In this document: positions 63,421 through 64,000 of the stretch, in pieces
Numbering within the stretch: position 1 is the stretch's first letter
How the letters are laid out: each line of letters begins with the position of its first letter
DNA from: a virus
UHGV virus genome: UHGV-1383976
DNA length: 64,000 nt
Reading direction: 5' to 3' (one strand)
Translations under genes and position numbers: made by a program
Notes under the pieces: generated by a model
The model's database searches: none
What the model was told of the DNA's origin: nothing
What the model saw: only the letters and a program-made list of their open reading frames with translations

Positions 63421-64000
63421 ATGGCACAAACTGAGAAACCTTTAGGCACGACAGGCGCAGCACGCCTATGGCATAATTTTATACAAAAATTAAATACTGT
63501 AAAAACTGAGCTTCAGGCAGATATTGACAATAAGGTTGATAAAGAAACTGGCAAAGGATTGTCTTCTAATGATTATACGTCTGGAGAGAAATCCAAACTT
63601 GCTGGTATTGCCGCGAATGCAAACAATTATAGTCTGCCCAAAGCAGGGAGCTCTCTTGGTGGTGTTCAAAGTGGTGGTGACGTGTCTATTGCAAATGGCT
63701 TAATTTCTTATGAGTCTACAATGCCTATAGCAAAAGGCGGTACTGGAGCGACAAACGCTGCGCAAGCCTGTACGAATTTGGGGGCTTTACCTACGGCTGG
63801 TGGTACAATGACTGGCCCACTCAAGTTGACCAAAGATGTTCACTATGGTGCGACTGAACCTTCTCATCCAACCACTGGTCAAATGTTCTTGAAAGAAGTC
63901 AATGTTGCACAGCTTGTCTATCCGGTTGGTGCGATTTATATGTCAACTGTTGCAACTAATCCAAGTACGCTGTTTGGATTCGGCACGTGGGAGCAAATCA
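63421..64000 (+). CDS. Tail fibre protein paralog (3'-truncated by the window end)
   Basis: ATG at 63421 with RBS AAAGGAGG. Contains ETGKGLSSNDYTSGEKSKLAGIAANANNY. Runs off the window. Confidence 0.55.
   Translation, partial: MAQTEKPLGTTGAARLWHNFIQKLNTVKTELQADIDNKVDKETGKGLSSNDYTSGEKSKLAGIAANANNYSLPKAGSSLGGVQSGGDVSIANGLISYESTMPIAKGGTGATNAAQACTNLGALPTAGGTMTGPLKLTKDVHYGATEPSHPTTGQMFLKEVNVAQLVYPVGAIYMSTVATNPSTLFGFGTWEQI

Noticed and set aside
1-64000. CRISPR arrays, integrase/attachment sites, stop-codon recoding.
   Set aside because: No regularly spaced direct repeats were seen. No tyrosine or serine recombinase-like ORF is in the window. Long ORFs are intact under the standard code, so there is no sign of TAG or TGA reassignment here.

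Overview
The window reads as a segment of a large, AT-rich (about 37% GC) virulent dsDNA bacteriophage genome. Four blocks are visible.

(1) Coordinates 1-5.6 kb (+ strand): the end of a very large structural protein, then small virion or unknown genes.

(2) Coordinates 5.6-40.3 kb (almost entirely - strand): a DNA-replication and nucleotide-metabolism module. It includes a RuvC-like resolvase, dUTPase, an NCS2 nucleobase permease, two nucleoside deoxyribosyltransferase-like proteins, a small transporter-like membrane protein, and anaerobic ribonucleotide reductase NrdD with its activase NrdG. It also includes a DnaE/PolC-type replicative polymerase, a RecJ-like exonuclease split by a GIY-YIG endonuclease gene, DnaG-type primase, DnaB-type helicase, a RecA-like ATPase and a possible SSB. 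Further along are type II topoisomerase B-like and A-like subunits flanked by unusual Cys-repeat endonuclease paralogs, a UvrD-like helicase, ATP-dependent DNA ligase, a P-loop kinase and RNase H.

(3) Coordinates 40.4-54.9 kb (+ strand): a holin-like gene and unknown late genes, then a tRNA island of at least 14 tRNA genes plus one tRNA that appears interrupted by an endonuclease ORF. Interleaved with the tRNAs are two Dam-like N6-adenine methyltransferase genes, a metallophosphoesterase, small PD-(D/E)XK nuclease paralogs, an SPFH protein, and two GC-rich ORF-free structured regions of about 0.7 kb and 0.55 kb that look like large non-coding RNAs. A ClpP-like protease and a PhoH-like ATPase follow; the PhoH gene is split by a group I intron carrying a LAGLIDADG endonuclease.

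(4) Coordinates 55-64 kb: structural genes ending in an array of at least five paralogous tail-fibre genes.

A single promoter motif, AAATTTGAYTT-N17-(GA)TATAATATATA, recurs at least 12 times on both strands. No CRISPR array, integrase or rRNA was seen. No evidence of stop-codon recoding was seen in this window.
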